IMG/VR virus record: IMGVR_UViG_3300043409_000868
Span: 5,007-69,006 of that record
DNA length: 64,000 nucleotides
DNA from: a virus
Strand: one strand, 5' to 3'
The position numbers and the translations under genes were made by a program. Positions 1 to 11,200 of this stretch are shown one piece after another (position 1 is the first letter of the stretch; each line of letters starts with the position of its first letter). The notes under the pieces were generated by a model that was not told where the DNA came from, did not search any database, and saw only the letters and a list, made by a program, of their open reading frames with translations.

Positions 1-611
1 CGGATCATAATTATAGTGCTACAACAACTCTTTTAGTTAATAAAAGTGATATCTTTAAAAACGGTATGTTAAAGGTAGACCAAGCACGTGTTTTATCTAG
101 ATTTAATAAATCAAATACCCGTGTCTATGTTAAACATGAAACAGTAGAAACAACTGCTGGATCTGATAGATACGTCATTACATTAGGTATTCAAGTACCT
201 AGGTTAAAGTCTATTGGTTATGCTAAAGTATTTAGAAAATGGAACAGTACAGCTGTATATCCAATAAGAGAATCAAATACAGCCGATACTGAGATTGATT
301 CTGGTCCTTGGAGTTTTGGAGATATTACTGCTGATTTTGCACGGAATATTGCTAGCCCTACCGAATCTTATGGTAGTTTAGCTGACTTAATTTCTCCTAA
401 CAATTATAATGATGCAAATCCAATTGTAGGTTCATCGGGAGTAGGAACTGGAACAGATACACAAATAATTTCAGGCCGTAATGAATGTGCTGTTAAATTT
501 ACTAGATTAGGTTTACCCACTAATCTTTGGATTCGTTTATCTGTCTTAAATACAGATGGATCTGTAGATTTTATAAACTATAGTGGTATGGATGTAAGTA
601 CTAACGAATAA
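1..611 (+). CDS. C-terminal part of a virion structural protein, truncated at the window edge (possibly the end of tail tubular protein B)
   Basis: Frame is open from position 3 to TAA at 611. The window ends in the N-terminus of tail tubular B, suggesting circular permutation. Confidence 0.5.
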   Translation, partial: DHNYSATTTLLVNKSDIFKNGMLKVDQARVLSRFNKSNTRVYVKHETVETTAGSDRYVITLGIQVPRLKSIGYAKVFRKWNSTAVYPIRESNTADTEIDSGPWSFGDITADFARNIASPTESYGSLADLISPNNYNDANPIVGSSGVGTGTDTQIISGRNECAVKFTRLGLPTNLWIRLSVLNTDGSVDFINYSGMDVSTNE

Positions 612-624
612 TAGGAGAATTACA

Positions 625-888
625 ATGGAAAAAAAGAATGATTTTGATAGACTTTTACAAATTGTACAACTCCTAGTTATTCTAGCTGGTGTTGGTGGTT
701 TTTTTATTGAGATAGGTAAGACTACAGCAATACTAAGTAGAACCACTAATGATATATCTGAGTTAAAGCTTATTGTCCAAGATTTATTAAAAGCCCAAAT
801 ACAAGTGTCTTCTACAGATGCAAGGCATAGTGCCATGCTCGAAGACCTAAAGCAAAGAGTTTTAGAATTAGAAAGAAGGAAACCATGA
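625..888 (+). CDS. Small membrane/coiled-coil protein, holin- or lysis-associated
   Basis: GGAG SD, one N-terminal hydrophobic helix followed by a coiled-coil, adjacent to the lysis genes. Confidence 0.5.
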   Translation: MEKKNDFDRLLQIVQLLVILAGVGGFFIEIGKTTAILSRTTNDISELKLIVQDLLKAQIQVSSTDARHSAMLEDLKQRVLELERRKP

Positions 889-1076
889 ATAATCGTAACA
901 CAACTATGGCAGGTATCGGTGCAATTATCGTAGCTATTGGTAGCGTTTTTGTAACCATGTTTGATGCAGACCCAGCAACCGTAGTAGATTTTGGTTCAGC
1001 TATTGCAGCTATTATTGCTGGAGTTGGATTGATCTTTGCTAAGGATGCCAAACCCCCGACTACTCCAAATGTTTGA
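885..1076 (+). CDS. Putative holin (2 TM)
   Basis: 63 aa with two hydrophobic segments and a C-terminal GLIFAKD motif typical of small phage holins. Confidence 0.6.
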   Translation: MNNRNTTMAGIGAIIVAIGSVFVTMFDADPATVVDFGSAIAAIIAGVGLIFAKDAKPPTTPNV

Positions 1077-1266
1077 TAGAATTTTAATGCAAATTGCAGT
1101 AGGATTATTTGATGTTTTACTTAAAAAAATTGAAGCAGGTAAAATGGCTGTCGATGCTGATGTTGATGTTGAGCGTTTGCGTCGTGCTGGTTCTAGGATT
1201 GATGAGTGGCTGCGGAAGCAGGACAGTCTTTATCCCAGACGAGAGTCCGATTCGGATAGGCCCTAA
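1069..1266 (+). CDS. Putative i-spanin (Rz-like)
   Basis: N-terminal hydrophobic stretch and helical C-terminus. Overlaps a lipoprotein gene in another frame. Confidence 0.45.
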   Translation: MFDRILMQIAVGLFDVLLKKIEAGKMAVDADVDVERLRRAGSRIDEWLRKQDSLYPRRESDSDRP

Positions 1267-1402
1267 TGCTAGAGTCTATGTATATACCCTACAACAAGGT
1301 CAATGGTTCCTCAGTAACAATACTGTAACCATTCCCGAAGGTTGGTACTGTGTACCCCCTTCCTATGTAAAAGACACTAGACCCCTAGGAGAAATAAAAT
1401 GA
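1154..1402 (+). CDS. Putative o-spanin lipoprotein (Rz1-like)
   Basis: Signal peptide MLMLMLSVCVVLVLGLMSG-C with lipobox and a Pro-rich mature part. Overlaps the previous gene. Confidence 0.55.
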   Translation: MLMLMLSVCVVLVLGLMSGCGSRTVFIPDESPIRIGPNARVYVYTLQQGQWFLSNNTVTIPEGWYCVPPSYVKDTRPLGEIK

Positions 1403-1620
1403 AAGAAAAGTTAAATGAAATGCAAGAGAAGTTATTAGACTGCTTAATTAGCGATCTCAGTGACACAGACCGCCGAACCCCTGGTCTTTATACCGTGGTA
1501 CGAGGCATCCTCAGCGACCACAAGGATAAGGTTAATACCATTCCAAACGAAGCCATTGAGGCTGTAGAGGCCGCTATGAAGGACTCAGTTCCTTTTAAGA
1601 TTAAGAAAGCAGCTTATTAA
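1399..1620 (+). CDS. Terminase small subunit (T7 gp18-like)
   Basis: 73 aa, immediately upstream of and coupled to the large terminase. Confidence 0.6.
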   Translation: MKEKLNEMQEKLLDCLISDLSDTDRRTPGLYTVVRGILSDHKDKVNTIPNEAIEAVEAAMKDSVPFKIKKAAY

Positions 1621-3281
1621 TGAAAGTTCCCCAAGAAGTAATCAATGATTTTAGAAACCATCTATATTTTTGCTTTAAGCATTTAGGACTTGGGGAACCC
1701 ACTAAGATACAATATGAATTAGCCAGAGAGATCCAAGAAGGGCAGTCAGATGCCATCATAGCCGCAGGACGCGGTACGGGTAAGTCTACCATTACAGCTT
1801 GCCTAGCGAGCTGGGAATGGCTCAGGGACCCCAATTTAACCTTCCTAGTATTGTCAAATACCCAGGGTAAAGCTATTGATTTTGTTTCTCAGGCTAGGAA
1901 GATCCTATCTGTAGTCCCTTATTGTCATTATATGATACCTCGGGACGAGGATAAAGACAATGCACTTGGTTTTAACCTAGCGGTTAGAACCAAGTTTACA
2001 CAAGATCTAAACTGTGCTGCTAGAGGCATCACAGGTCAGATCACAGGTTTACATGCTGACCGTGTAGTCCTAGACGACATTGAGATCTCGGGTAAGAATG
2101 AAACCCCAGTTGGTAAAGAAGCTTTACTTAAGAAGTTAGCAGAACTAGAAAGTATTAGGAATAAGAACTCTAGAGTAATCTTCTTAGGTACACCCCATTA
2201 TCAAGACTCTATTTACAATACATTAAAAGAATCATACCCTATGATTAAGTATCCTGCAGAGATGCCAGATACCTCTCTTCCCTATGAGGTAGAGGACGTG
2301 GCTCCTTGGGTCCTAGGATTGGATCTGGAGGCAGGGGAGGCAACACAACCCGAACGGTTCAATAAGGACGAGCTTGGCTCCAGACGGGCTAAAATCGGCC
2401 CTAGCCACTATGCCCTGCAGTACAAGCTGGTAACATCCCTAGCCGATGCGGATAGATACCCATTAAAGCTTAGGGATCTAATAGTCATGGATCTAGATCC
2501 TGAGCTTGGTCCAGATAAGATAATCTGGCAAGGGCAGAATCCAATGAGAGATGTTCCTAGCTTTGGTATGACTGGTGATCACATATGTGATCCTATGTTT
2601 ATTAGTAACAAATATATTAAATATCAACATAGTCATCTATGTATAGATCCTAGCGGCAGAGGAACTGATGAGACAGGCATATGTATTTCCTCTGTCTTAA
2701 GTGGAGTTATTTTTGTTCATGAGTTACTAGGTATCCAAGGTGGGTATGATGATCATGTCTTAGCTAAGATTGCTAAGTTAGTAAATGAATATCAGATTCC
2801 CTTAGTTAGAGTAGAATCTAATTTTGGTGATGGATTATTTACTAAGGTCCTTACTCCTTATTTAATAAATCATTGTGGTAAGGTTGGTATAGAAGAATAT
2901 AGAGTTAAGGGTCAAAAAGAATTAAGAATTATTTCAACCTTAGAACCTGTAATCTCTATGCATAGATTAGTCGTAGCTAGAAAAGCTATGAAAGATCAAA
3001 CAAATCAAATACAATTAACTAGATTACACTCTGGTCGTGGTGCTTTAAAGCATGACGATAGAGTAGACGTTCTTGCAGCAGCCGTAGAATTCTATAAGTC
3101 ACATATGTCTTTAGATACAGAGAGGGCTTCTGAAGACATTAAAGATAAAGAGTGGAAGAAAAGAATTCATGACTGGGCTAATAATTTTAGGGCTGGTGAC
3201 TATGCCCCAACTAGTGGTGCTACAAAGGTTGTTGCAACCAATCAAAAACAAAAATCAAAAAGAAACCAATGGGGTTGGTAA
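1620..3281 (+). CDS. terL: Terminase large subunit (T7 gp19-like)
   Basis: Walker A AGRGTGKS, Walker B VVLDDIE, nuclease motifs IDPSGRGTDET and HDDRVDVLA. Confidence 0.95.
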   Translation: MKVPQEVINDFRNHLYFCFKHLGLGEPTKIQYELAREIQEGQSDAIIAAGRGTGKSTITACLASWEWLRDPNLTFLVLSNTQGKAIDFVSQARKILSVVPYCHYMIPRDEDKDNALGFNLAVRTKFTQDLNCAARGITGQITGLHADRVVLDDIEISGKNETPVGKEALLKKLAELESIRNKNSRVIFLGTPHYQDSIYNTLKESYPMIKYPAEMPDTSLPYEVEDVAPWVLGLDLEAGEATQPERFNKDELGSRRAKIGPSHYALQYKLVTSLADADRYPLKLRDLIVMDLDPELGPDKIIWQGQNPMRDVPSFGMTGDHICDPMFISNKYIKYQHSHLCIDPSGRGTDETGICISSVLSGVIFVHELLGIQGGYDDHVLAKIAKLVNEYQIPLVRVESNFGDGLFTKVLTPYLINHCGKVGIEEYRVKGQKELRIISTLEPVISMHRLVVARKAMKDQTNQIQLTRLHSGRGALKHDDRVDVLAAAVEFYKSHMSLDTERASEDIKDKEWKKRIHDWANNFRAGDYAPTSGATKVVATNQKQKSKRNQWGW

Positions 3282-3292
3282 GGAGTTAATTC

Positions 3293-3991
3293 ATGGAACC
3301 AATGACAATTATGGCAATTGGTGGAGCTATTGCTGGTGGAGCAAGTTCAATCTTTGGTGGGCTAGCTAGAAAAGCCGAAATACAACAGGCTAACGATGCG
3401 GCTTATCGTCGATGGATTCAAAGTAATTCTCAAAAAACACTTTCTAATGCTAGAGAGCAATTCCAAGCATCTTATCTATATGCTCAACAATTAAAGAAAA
3501 ATGATGCAATAGCTAAATCTGCATATTCTTTTCAACGAGATAATAAAGAATCTTTAAATGATTCTACAAACTTCCAACAAAAAGAACTTTCAGATAGCCT
3601 TAGAAATCAAAAGAGTTCTTTATTAACCTCATTTGCTTTACGTGGTATATCTTCTAATAGTGGAATGTATGGAACACTGGCTGCTATGCAAGCTATAAGT
3701 GGATTAACAAATGCAGTTCAACTAGAAAAGAATAGATTAGCCCAAGCTAAGAACATTGATAATCAAACACAAAATATGCTTTCACAACAAACAGAAAATA
3801 TCTTTATGCCTAATATTCAATTGTATGATGAAGCACCCATATTAGGAGATGCTAATGCAGCTGCTACTGGTGGAATTGTTTCTGGTATGTTGCAAATTGG
3901 TGCTGGTATTGCTGGAGCAGCTACTAGTTATAGTGGAAATCCAACCTCTATAAGAACTCCAACTTTTATACCTGGTATGGGTCCAAACTAA
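3293..3991 (+). CDS. Internal virion (ejection) protein, gp14-like
   Basis: MEPMTIMAIGGAIAGG Gly/Ala-rich N-terminus, helical middle, Gly-rich C-terminus. First gene of the internal-protein block. Confidence 0.7.
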   Translation: MEPMTIMAIGGAIAGGASSIFGGLARKAEIQQANDAAYRRWIQSNSQKTLSNAREQFQASYLYAQQLKKNDAIAKSAYSFQRDNKESLNDSTNFQQKELSDSLRNQKSSLLTSFALRGISSNSGMYGTLAAMQAISGLTNAVQLEKNRLAQAKNIDNQTQNMLSQQTENIFMPNIQLYDEAPILGDANAAATGGIVSGMLQIGAGIAGAATSYSGNPTSIRTPTFIPGMGPN

Positions 3992-4002
3992 GGAAAAACA
4001 AT

Positions 4003-7000
4003 ATGTCACAAATGAATTCTTCAGATAATCCATTTTCATTGAAACGAATTGCCCCAAATACAGAAATCAATGCAACACAACCAAATTATAAGTCTTCTCA
4101 ACTAAGTGGAGGACAAATCCAACTTGGACAGACAGCCCAACAAGTTGCTGCGACTGGTGATGCGGCTATGTATGCAGGACTTGCAGAAATTGCTGGTGGC
4201 ATTGGTAAAGCAATTGATACCTTTGCTGATATTGGAAAAAGAGTAGATGAAGAAAAAATTAATATTGTTCAAATGAACTTTGATAAGTTAGATAACGATC
4301 CTACATTAACTCCAGAAGAAAAACAAAATCAACTTGATGCATCAATGAAAGATGTATGGACTCCAGTATTAGGAGATTCTTGGAAAGAAAAACTTAGTCT
4401 TTCTGTTAATAAAAAATGGTTATCTGACGAAGCTAGAAATACATTTGAACAAACTAGATATACAAAAGAATTGTCTAGTTTTTTAGATAGAAACCAAACT
4501 AGAACAGACTCACCTGAATTAATACAACAATTTAATAAAGAATATTCTAGTAAATTTCCAACAGCAAAATATAATGATTGGTTTAAGATAAAAAACTTTG
4601 AAACCAATTCTAAAATAAACCAAAAGACTGTAGATGATCAGCTAAGTATGGTTGAACTAGCAATAGTACAATCTATAGCAATACCATCACCAGAGTTTCA
4701 GAAAGCTGCTAGAGCTGGAGATCAAGCAGTTATAGGTAAATATAAACCTTTTTTTGACTTGGTAGATGATGCTAAGTTAGCTCCTGATTTAGAACATTTT
4801 TCGGGAACTGTTTATAACTTACTTCGAGAACAATTCCTTAATCCACTAGCTAAATCTCCAACTCCTATTGAAGTTGTACAAGAAATAACTAGAAGACTTC
4901 CAGAACTATCTACTAAAATATCTAAACAAATTTTTGACGCAGCTAACTTATTTAATTTAAACCAAGTGCAAGAAGATGCAGCTACTTCTTTGGTTTTAGG
5001 TCAATCAAACTTTAAAGATACTACTGATAAAATAGATGGTTTAGGTGTTTATTTAGATTTAATGACTAGACATCTTCCTACTGTGGATATGTCTAAATTA
5101 GAAAGAAGATCTCTAATTCAAAATACCATACCACTTGTTTATGAGCAATTTAGTTTGGCTATGGAAACTGGAACAGACCCAAGATTTCAGGAAAAATATC
5201 CAAATTGGTTTAATTTAACACCAATTGAAAAATTAGATATAGTAGAAAAAGAAATTAATATTTGGATGAGTAAAGGTAATAACGCAAATAACGTAGTAGC
5301 TTTAATGGGATTTTCTCCAGAAGAAATTAAAAATTCTAAACTTACAGCAAATCAACTAGCAGAAAAAATTATTATTCAAAATGGAAGAACTAATGTTTTA
5401 CTTTCTGAAAAAACAAGAAAAGAAATAAATCAAAATGCAGAAGATGCAATTGAAAATTTAGAAGTTAAAGTAGCATCATTTGACTTATATGGCGTGGAAA
5501 AAGATTTAAAAGAAAGTGTTGATTCTTCTTTACAAGTTATATCAACAAAACTTGGAGTTGATGTTAGTACTCTTAGGGATTTGTATTTAGAAGATAAAGA
5601 TAAAGGAATACCTAAATCAAAAATTAACTACGCAGAATGGTATAATTCTTTAACACCAGAAGCTCAGAAAAAAATGATTCATGATGGATTTACTTTAAAT
5701 AATTTTGAATTACTTAGAAAATATTCAACTGTTTCTAGTAAAATAGATTTAGCAGGTATTAAAAATGTCAAAAGAATACAAGAAGAAGAAGCGCGTTTAC
5801 AAGCAGAACAACTAAGACAAGAAATAGCAGCGGGAAAAGAAAGAACCGCAGAAGAAAAAGCAGCACTAGCAGAAAGAAAAGCTATATTAAAACTAGATAC
5901 TTTACTCCCACAAGCATCTAAATTTAATATGGGACCAGGTACTGGAAATGATAATGCTGCAAACGGTTCTATTCAAAGTGCAACATTAACAGGATCATTA
6001 TATAGTGGTGAAAATTCACAATATAAATCAGTATTACAAAATACAGTTCAAAGTTTAAAGACACTTAATGAATGGAAAAAACAAAATCCAGATGCAGAAT
6101 TTTCTTGGTCAACTTCAGAGGAAGTTCACGATGCAATTAGATTTATAAATATAATTAATGAAGATGCTCCTATTATGTTACAACATGCTCAAGCAATAGA
6201 TAATTTAAAGATTGAAATAGTAAACAATTTTTCAGAGGTTTGGTCAAATATTCCTTCATTAAACCCAGTGACACCAAAAACAGATACTCCACCTGCTACA
6301 TTAATTCGTAATTTTGCTAAACAAACTGATGATTGGATTAATGGTAAAATTAGTTTAGATGTTTCAAGAATTCCATCAAGTCCAATTGAAAATGAACAAT
6401 GGACTGCAGAATCTTTATTTACTTTTAGTCAAGTACAAGTAACTGGTCAATCTTTTTTAAAATCAGATTCTTCTATTGAAGATAAAAGATTTTTTGGTGG
6501 GATGTATTTAACTGTTTTAGAAAGAATAGGAAATGGTAACCAAGATTACCTTAAATCTGATATGGGTAAATACGATTTAACTTTACTATCTTTAATGGGT
6601 AAAGCTTATAAACGTGCTTACGATTCTACAGGAACACTACCTGAAATTCATGGAGTACCTTATTTAATAACAAGAGCATTAGTAGGTGCTAACTGGGCTG
6701 AAGAAACAAATGTTGAAGATATGATTGCTGGGATGAATGATCCAAAAGAAATAGAACGAGTACAGTCACAACTAGGAATTGTTATTGAATTAGCTAGACT
6801 TTCAGCTGGAGATAAACAACTAGCAGCTACTGCTACAGTAGGAGAAACAAATCCAAAAGACATTTTCTTTAAAAATAAAAATGCTATTATAATATCTTCG
6901 GCATTTGTAGCACAACCAACTTTTATACCATTAGCAATGGACCCTAATGTTAAATTAGCAGATGTACCAATTTCCCCAAGAAATAAAGCATGGAATCCTG

Positions 7001-8205
7001 ACACTTTAGTTGCTAGTATTAATAGAGTTTTTCAGGCGGACTACACTAAAGAAGATGTTGCTAATGTATTAGAACCTGTATTGCTTGCTAGTTTTCCAAT
7101 AGGAACTTTAGCAGACATGTCTCCAGAACAAAAACTTAAAATAAGTGCACAAATAATTGAAAGAGCAACTGAAAATAATCCAGTTTTATTTGAACTAGCT
7201 AATGAATTATTCTTTAATGGAATACACAATGGCACTATAAAGCCAAATAGTGATGCAGGTGAAACTTATTTTTCACTGTACGCTCATCATATAGATGTAG
7301 TTTTAGATATTGATTCTCAAGCAAATAAACCACAATCAGCTGGACATCGTATTGGAGTAAGTCCTGTTAATACTATGATTACATTTAGAGGAACTACAAT
7401 AGATGCAGATAATAATCAGTTTTTTGAGTTAGGAAACTCAGCAACTGTTTATGGAAATAATCCAGAATCAACATTCTCCCTTGCTTTAATAAATGACAGT
7501 CAAGATGCAGCAGCAAAACAGTTAGCTGCTTTACCAAGTATGGAGTTTAGTTGGGGAGGATGGTCTAGTCAAGAAACCACTAAAATGGGTTATCCTACTT
7601 ATGTAGCTGAACTTGAAAAAATATTTACACCAGCTAAACTAGTAGATTCAAACAATAATTCTATTGGTAAAGCCAATGGGCCGATGTTTGTTGTTGGTTC
7701 TGTAATTCTATCTGATTTATATTCGACAGATACGTATTTTAAGGCAGCACTTGATCCGTGGTTTAAGGCAAATGGAACAGACTCTCCTCCAATGAGAAAT
7801 ATTCCCGCAACTATACAAGAATGTATAGACAACAGATTATCGTTTTTTGATACTTTAGTAGCAATTAATAAAAAATACATAGAAGATGGCGGAACAATAC
7901 CATTTATGAAAAGTGAAGGTTTAGATAAAACAACTCCAGGTTTTTCTGAATTAAAACAAAACCTTACCTATAATAGAGATAAAAGAGCTAATTTACCAAC
8001 ATGGGATTTTGTTCACAGAGGTATGGACGGAGTTCCTTTATTATCTATAACCGATGCTTTTATGCTTATAGATCAAAAAAATGGCGAATCAGTTCCAGAA
8101 AACATCTATTCAGAAGATATAATAAATAAAATTAAAGATGAAGCAGCAAAACGATTTAAAGCAACCAAAGAAACTAAAGATTACACTCAAAGAAAACTCT
8201 ACTAA
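4003..8205 (+). CDS. Large internal virion protein, gp15-like (1400 aa)
   Basis: Position, size and helical composition. Confidence 0.55.
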   Translation: MSQMNSSDNPFSLKRIAPNTEINATQPNYKSSQLSGGQIQLGQTAQQVAATGDAAMYAGLAEIAGGIGKAIDTFADIGKRVDEEKINIVQMNFDKLDNDPTLTPEEKQNQLDASMKDVWTPVLGDSWKEKLSLSVNKKWLSDEARNTFEQTRYTKELSSFLDRNQTRTDSPELIQQFNKEYSSKFPTAKYNDWFKIKNFETNSKINQKTVDDQLSMVELAIVQSIAIPSPEFQKAARAGDQAVIGKYKPFFDLVDDAKLAPDLEHFSGTVYNLLREQFLNPLAKSPTPIEVVQEITRRLPELSTKISKQIFDAANLFNLNQVQEDAATSLVLGQSNFKDTTDKIDGLGVYLDLMTRHLPTVDMSKLERRSLIQNTIPLVYEQFSLAMETGTDPRFQEKYPNWFNLTPIEKLDIVEKEINIWMSKGNNANNVVALMGFSPEEIKNSKLTANQLAEKIIIQNGRTNVLLSEKTRKEINQNAEDAIENLEVKVASFDLYGVEKDLKESVDSSLQVISTKLGVDVSTLRDLYLEDKDKGIPKSKINYAEWYNSLTPEAQKKMIHDGFTLNNFELLRKYSTVSSKIDLAGIKNVKRIQEEEARLQAEQLRQEIAAGKERTAEEKAALAERKAILKLDTLLPQASKFNMGPGTGNDNAANGSIQSATLTGSLYSGENSQYKSVLQNTVQSLKTLNEWKKQNPDAEFSWSTSEEVHDAIRFINIINEDAPIMLQHAQAIDNLKIEIVNNFSEVWSNIPSLNPVTPKTDTPPATLIRNFAKQTDDWINGKISLDVSRIPSSPIENEQWTAESLFTFSQVQVTGQSFLKSDSSIEDKRFFGGMYLTVLERIGNGNQDYLKSDMGKYDLTLLSLMGKAYKRAYDSTGTLPEIHGVPYLITRALVGANWAEETNVEDMIAGMNDPKEIERVQSQLGIVIELARLSAGDKQLAATATVGETNPKDIFFKNKNAIIISSAFVAQPTFIPLAMDPNVKLADVPISPRNKAWNPDTLVASINRVFQADYTKEDVANVLEPVLLASFPIGTLADMSPEQKLKISAQIIERATENNPVLFELANELFFNGIHNGTIKPNSDAGETYFSLYAHHIDVVLDIDSQANKPQSAGHRIGVSPVNTMITFRGTTIDADNNQFFELGNSATVYGNNPESTFSLALINDSQDAAAKQLAALPSMEFSWGGWSSQETTKMGYPTYVAELEKIFTPAKLVDSNNNSIGKANGPMFVVGSVILSDLYSTDTYFKAALDPWFKANGTDSPPMRNIPATIQECIDNRLSFFDTLVAINKKYIEDGGTIPFMKSEGLDKTTPGFSELKQNLTYNRDKRANLPTWDFVHRGMDGVPLLSITDAFMLIDQKNGESVPENIYSEDIINKIKDEAAKRFKATKETKDYTQRKLY

Positions 8206-8220
8206 GGAAGCATTAAATTT

Positions 8221-11200
8221 ATGTCAACTTTTCAACAATTTAATATAGACAATTCTCCGTATAAGTCTAATAGAGAACAATTAACATTAGATAAAATTTC
8301 TTCTTTAGTAAATAAATCACAAAATTCTATTACAACCAAACCAGTATCTTTCAATTTACCTGGTTTACACCTTACAGATGAAGAAGTAAAAAAAGAAAAC
8401 GATACTTTTTTAGAGTTTCTAAAGGAAACAGAAGAACAAAGAAAATATATACCTGGTTCAGAATTAGAAGATATGGGTATTAAAGCTAAGAGTAGTTATT
8501 TAGATGATAAAGAAAAGTATATAGAAAGGCAAATGGGATCTAATCCTTCAGCAACTTCTAAGTTATTAGATAGTTGGAAAATTAATAGAGAAGATAGTCC
8601 ATTACTAAGTGTTGCATTGTTATCAGATTCTGTTGAATTCTTTCAACCCAAATCTGCAGCTAATAGTTTTTCAAGTGTATATAATATGAATTTTAGAGCT
8701 GCTTCTTTATGGGGTAAACTATTTGACAAAGAAGCAGCTGGACCACAATTTACAGAAGCATTAGGAAGAAATGCTCAAGCAAATGTAATTGCTGCTATTA
8801 GAGCACGTGGTGGAATTAAAGGTGAACTATGGGCTAATGCAGTAGCAAAAAGCACATACTTAAGGAATATGTTAACAGACACAGCTGAAACAGATCAAAA
8901 ATTAGAGAGTTGGATTAGAGGTTCTCCTTCTTTAATTAATTTAAAAGGATCAGTACCATTTAGTGCTTATGCTGGAGATACTGTATTAGATATTTTAGCA
9001 GATAGTGAAAAACCAGAATCATGGGACCCTAAAAGAGCAATAGAGGAATTACAAATTGCAGAACCTGGTTTACATAATTTATTATTTAATGAAATGCAAC
9101 TTAAACCAGAAGACGTAGAAAACGCAGCAAATACTCCACTACAATTTAAATATTTTATTGCGGATGCTATAGATCAATATGCATTTGGAGTTACAATAAA
9201 TGAGTACCAAAAACAAGCAGGTGGTTTAGAGTATTTTTTTGGGGCACAAGCTTTACCGTTAGTTGTAAATTCTTTTAATAGTAATGATCAATTAGCTGAA
9301 ATAGGGGTAACAGCTGCGTTAACCTTTTTTACTGGAGGCACCTATGGTGCAATAGGTGGAACTGCTTTATTAACAAAGAGATTAGCAAAATCTTCTTCAT
9401 TAATTAGAAAAGCATTAAAAACTGCTAACGCATTTGAAAGATTTGAATCTATTAGTGCAAGAGTAGCCCAAGTAAATAGATATTTATGGAAAGCCCAAAA
9501 GATACTTCCTAGCAATATAACTGAAACTATACTGCACAGTATGCCAGCTACTAGAGGTATTTTTATGGAAGCTAAAGCTGGTACTTCATTATTTAAAAAA
9601 ACTGTACAAAAATCTACAGCACTTTTTATTGGAGAAGCAGCACAAGGTATAGTAGAATCTGGTGTTCAACAATATGAAGCTATGTCAAATGGATTCCAAG
9701 AACACTTTAGTGCTTCAGCAATAGTTCAAAATGCTGTAGAAGAGGGTATTGGTGGTTTAGTTCTTGGTGGCCCAATTAGATTAATTGGTAAAGTAGGCGA
9801 AAGAGTTAGTACTACAAATATGGGTAAATACGTTAATAGACAAATAAACAAAGGTAAAGTAGGTTTATTAGGTTCTTTACCAGAATTAAAACCTAGTGTA
9901 GCAAGAGATATAGATTTAGCTACTAGGGTTATTATGGGTATACCAGATGGAGTTTCTTTTGAAGACTTTAAGGGTGCTCTATCAACACAAGCTAGATTAA
10001 ATATTCTTATGGATAAAATAGATAACCTTGGATTAGGTGATTTACTATCTGTCTCAAGCGAAAAAGCCAATAGAAATGAAAATCCTTTTATAGCAGAAGC
10101 AATTAGTATAATGTCTGGAGGAGACAAGAAACAAGAGTTTCGTGTTCGTGTTGATATGGCACAAAGATTATCTGCTTTAATGGACCATACAACTAACGAA
10201 GAAACTGGAGTATCTACTCTATCAAGAGATGATGTAGAAGCGGTTTTTTATTTAGCTGCTATGGATTCTATAGACCCAAGTTCTAGATCTTCTTCATCGC
10301 AAACAAATAGACTATTAGAAACATTATTAGAATCTGACCAAGCAAAAAAAGGAAAAACTATTGTAACTCAACATAGTGGTGGGGAATTCACACATACATC
10401 TAATTTTTATCAGGTTACTGATCAAGATTTAATTGATTTAGGTAATAAAATACAAGCACAAACTCAAGGTTTAGTCACTAAACTGGGTGCTGATTCTGTC
10501 TCAGAAATTAGTGATATCTTTGGTAAAAGTATTGGTCAAGAACAAATAGACCTAACAAATGATGTATTAGACGAAGCAGAAGCTGCTTTAGGAACTAATA
10601 ACAGAGGTGTTGGAGTTTCATTTTTAGGTCTTCCTTTACTTGGGATGTTTAGATCTAAACTATCTCCAAAGAAGGTTGATACTAGTACTGGGACTCCTCC
10701 TCCTGAAGCTGATATAGATGCTGAGGATGAAATTAAATCTGATGCGGCTGATGCGGCTGATGCTGATCGCGAAGAAGCTGCTGCGGCTCGCGAAGAAGCT
10801 GTTGCGGCTCGCGAAGAAGCTGCTGCGGCTCCTGAGGCTGCTCCTGCGGCTCCTAAGACTAACGCAGAAAAAGCAGCTGATGACCTTAAAAAGTTAGGGG
10901 ATATAGGTGTTGGGGCAGCTAAACAATTTAAAAACGATACAGCTAAGAGGTTGTCTAAAGTTCTTGATGGGAGTATGACTTTTGACGAATTTTTAATCGA
11001 TGCAGGAATTAAACCCAATGGTCAGTCAGGCCAGGACGCTCGAAAAGTATACGATCTTGCTAAACTAAAAGGTTTAACGTCCATAGATGGAGACACATAT
11101 ACAGCCCTTTTAGAGGAAGCAAATCAAGCTGCTGCGGCTCCTAAGGTTGCTACTGCGGCTCCAACACTAAGTGTTAAAGTTAGTGATAAAATTAAAGAAA

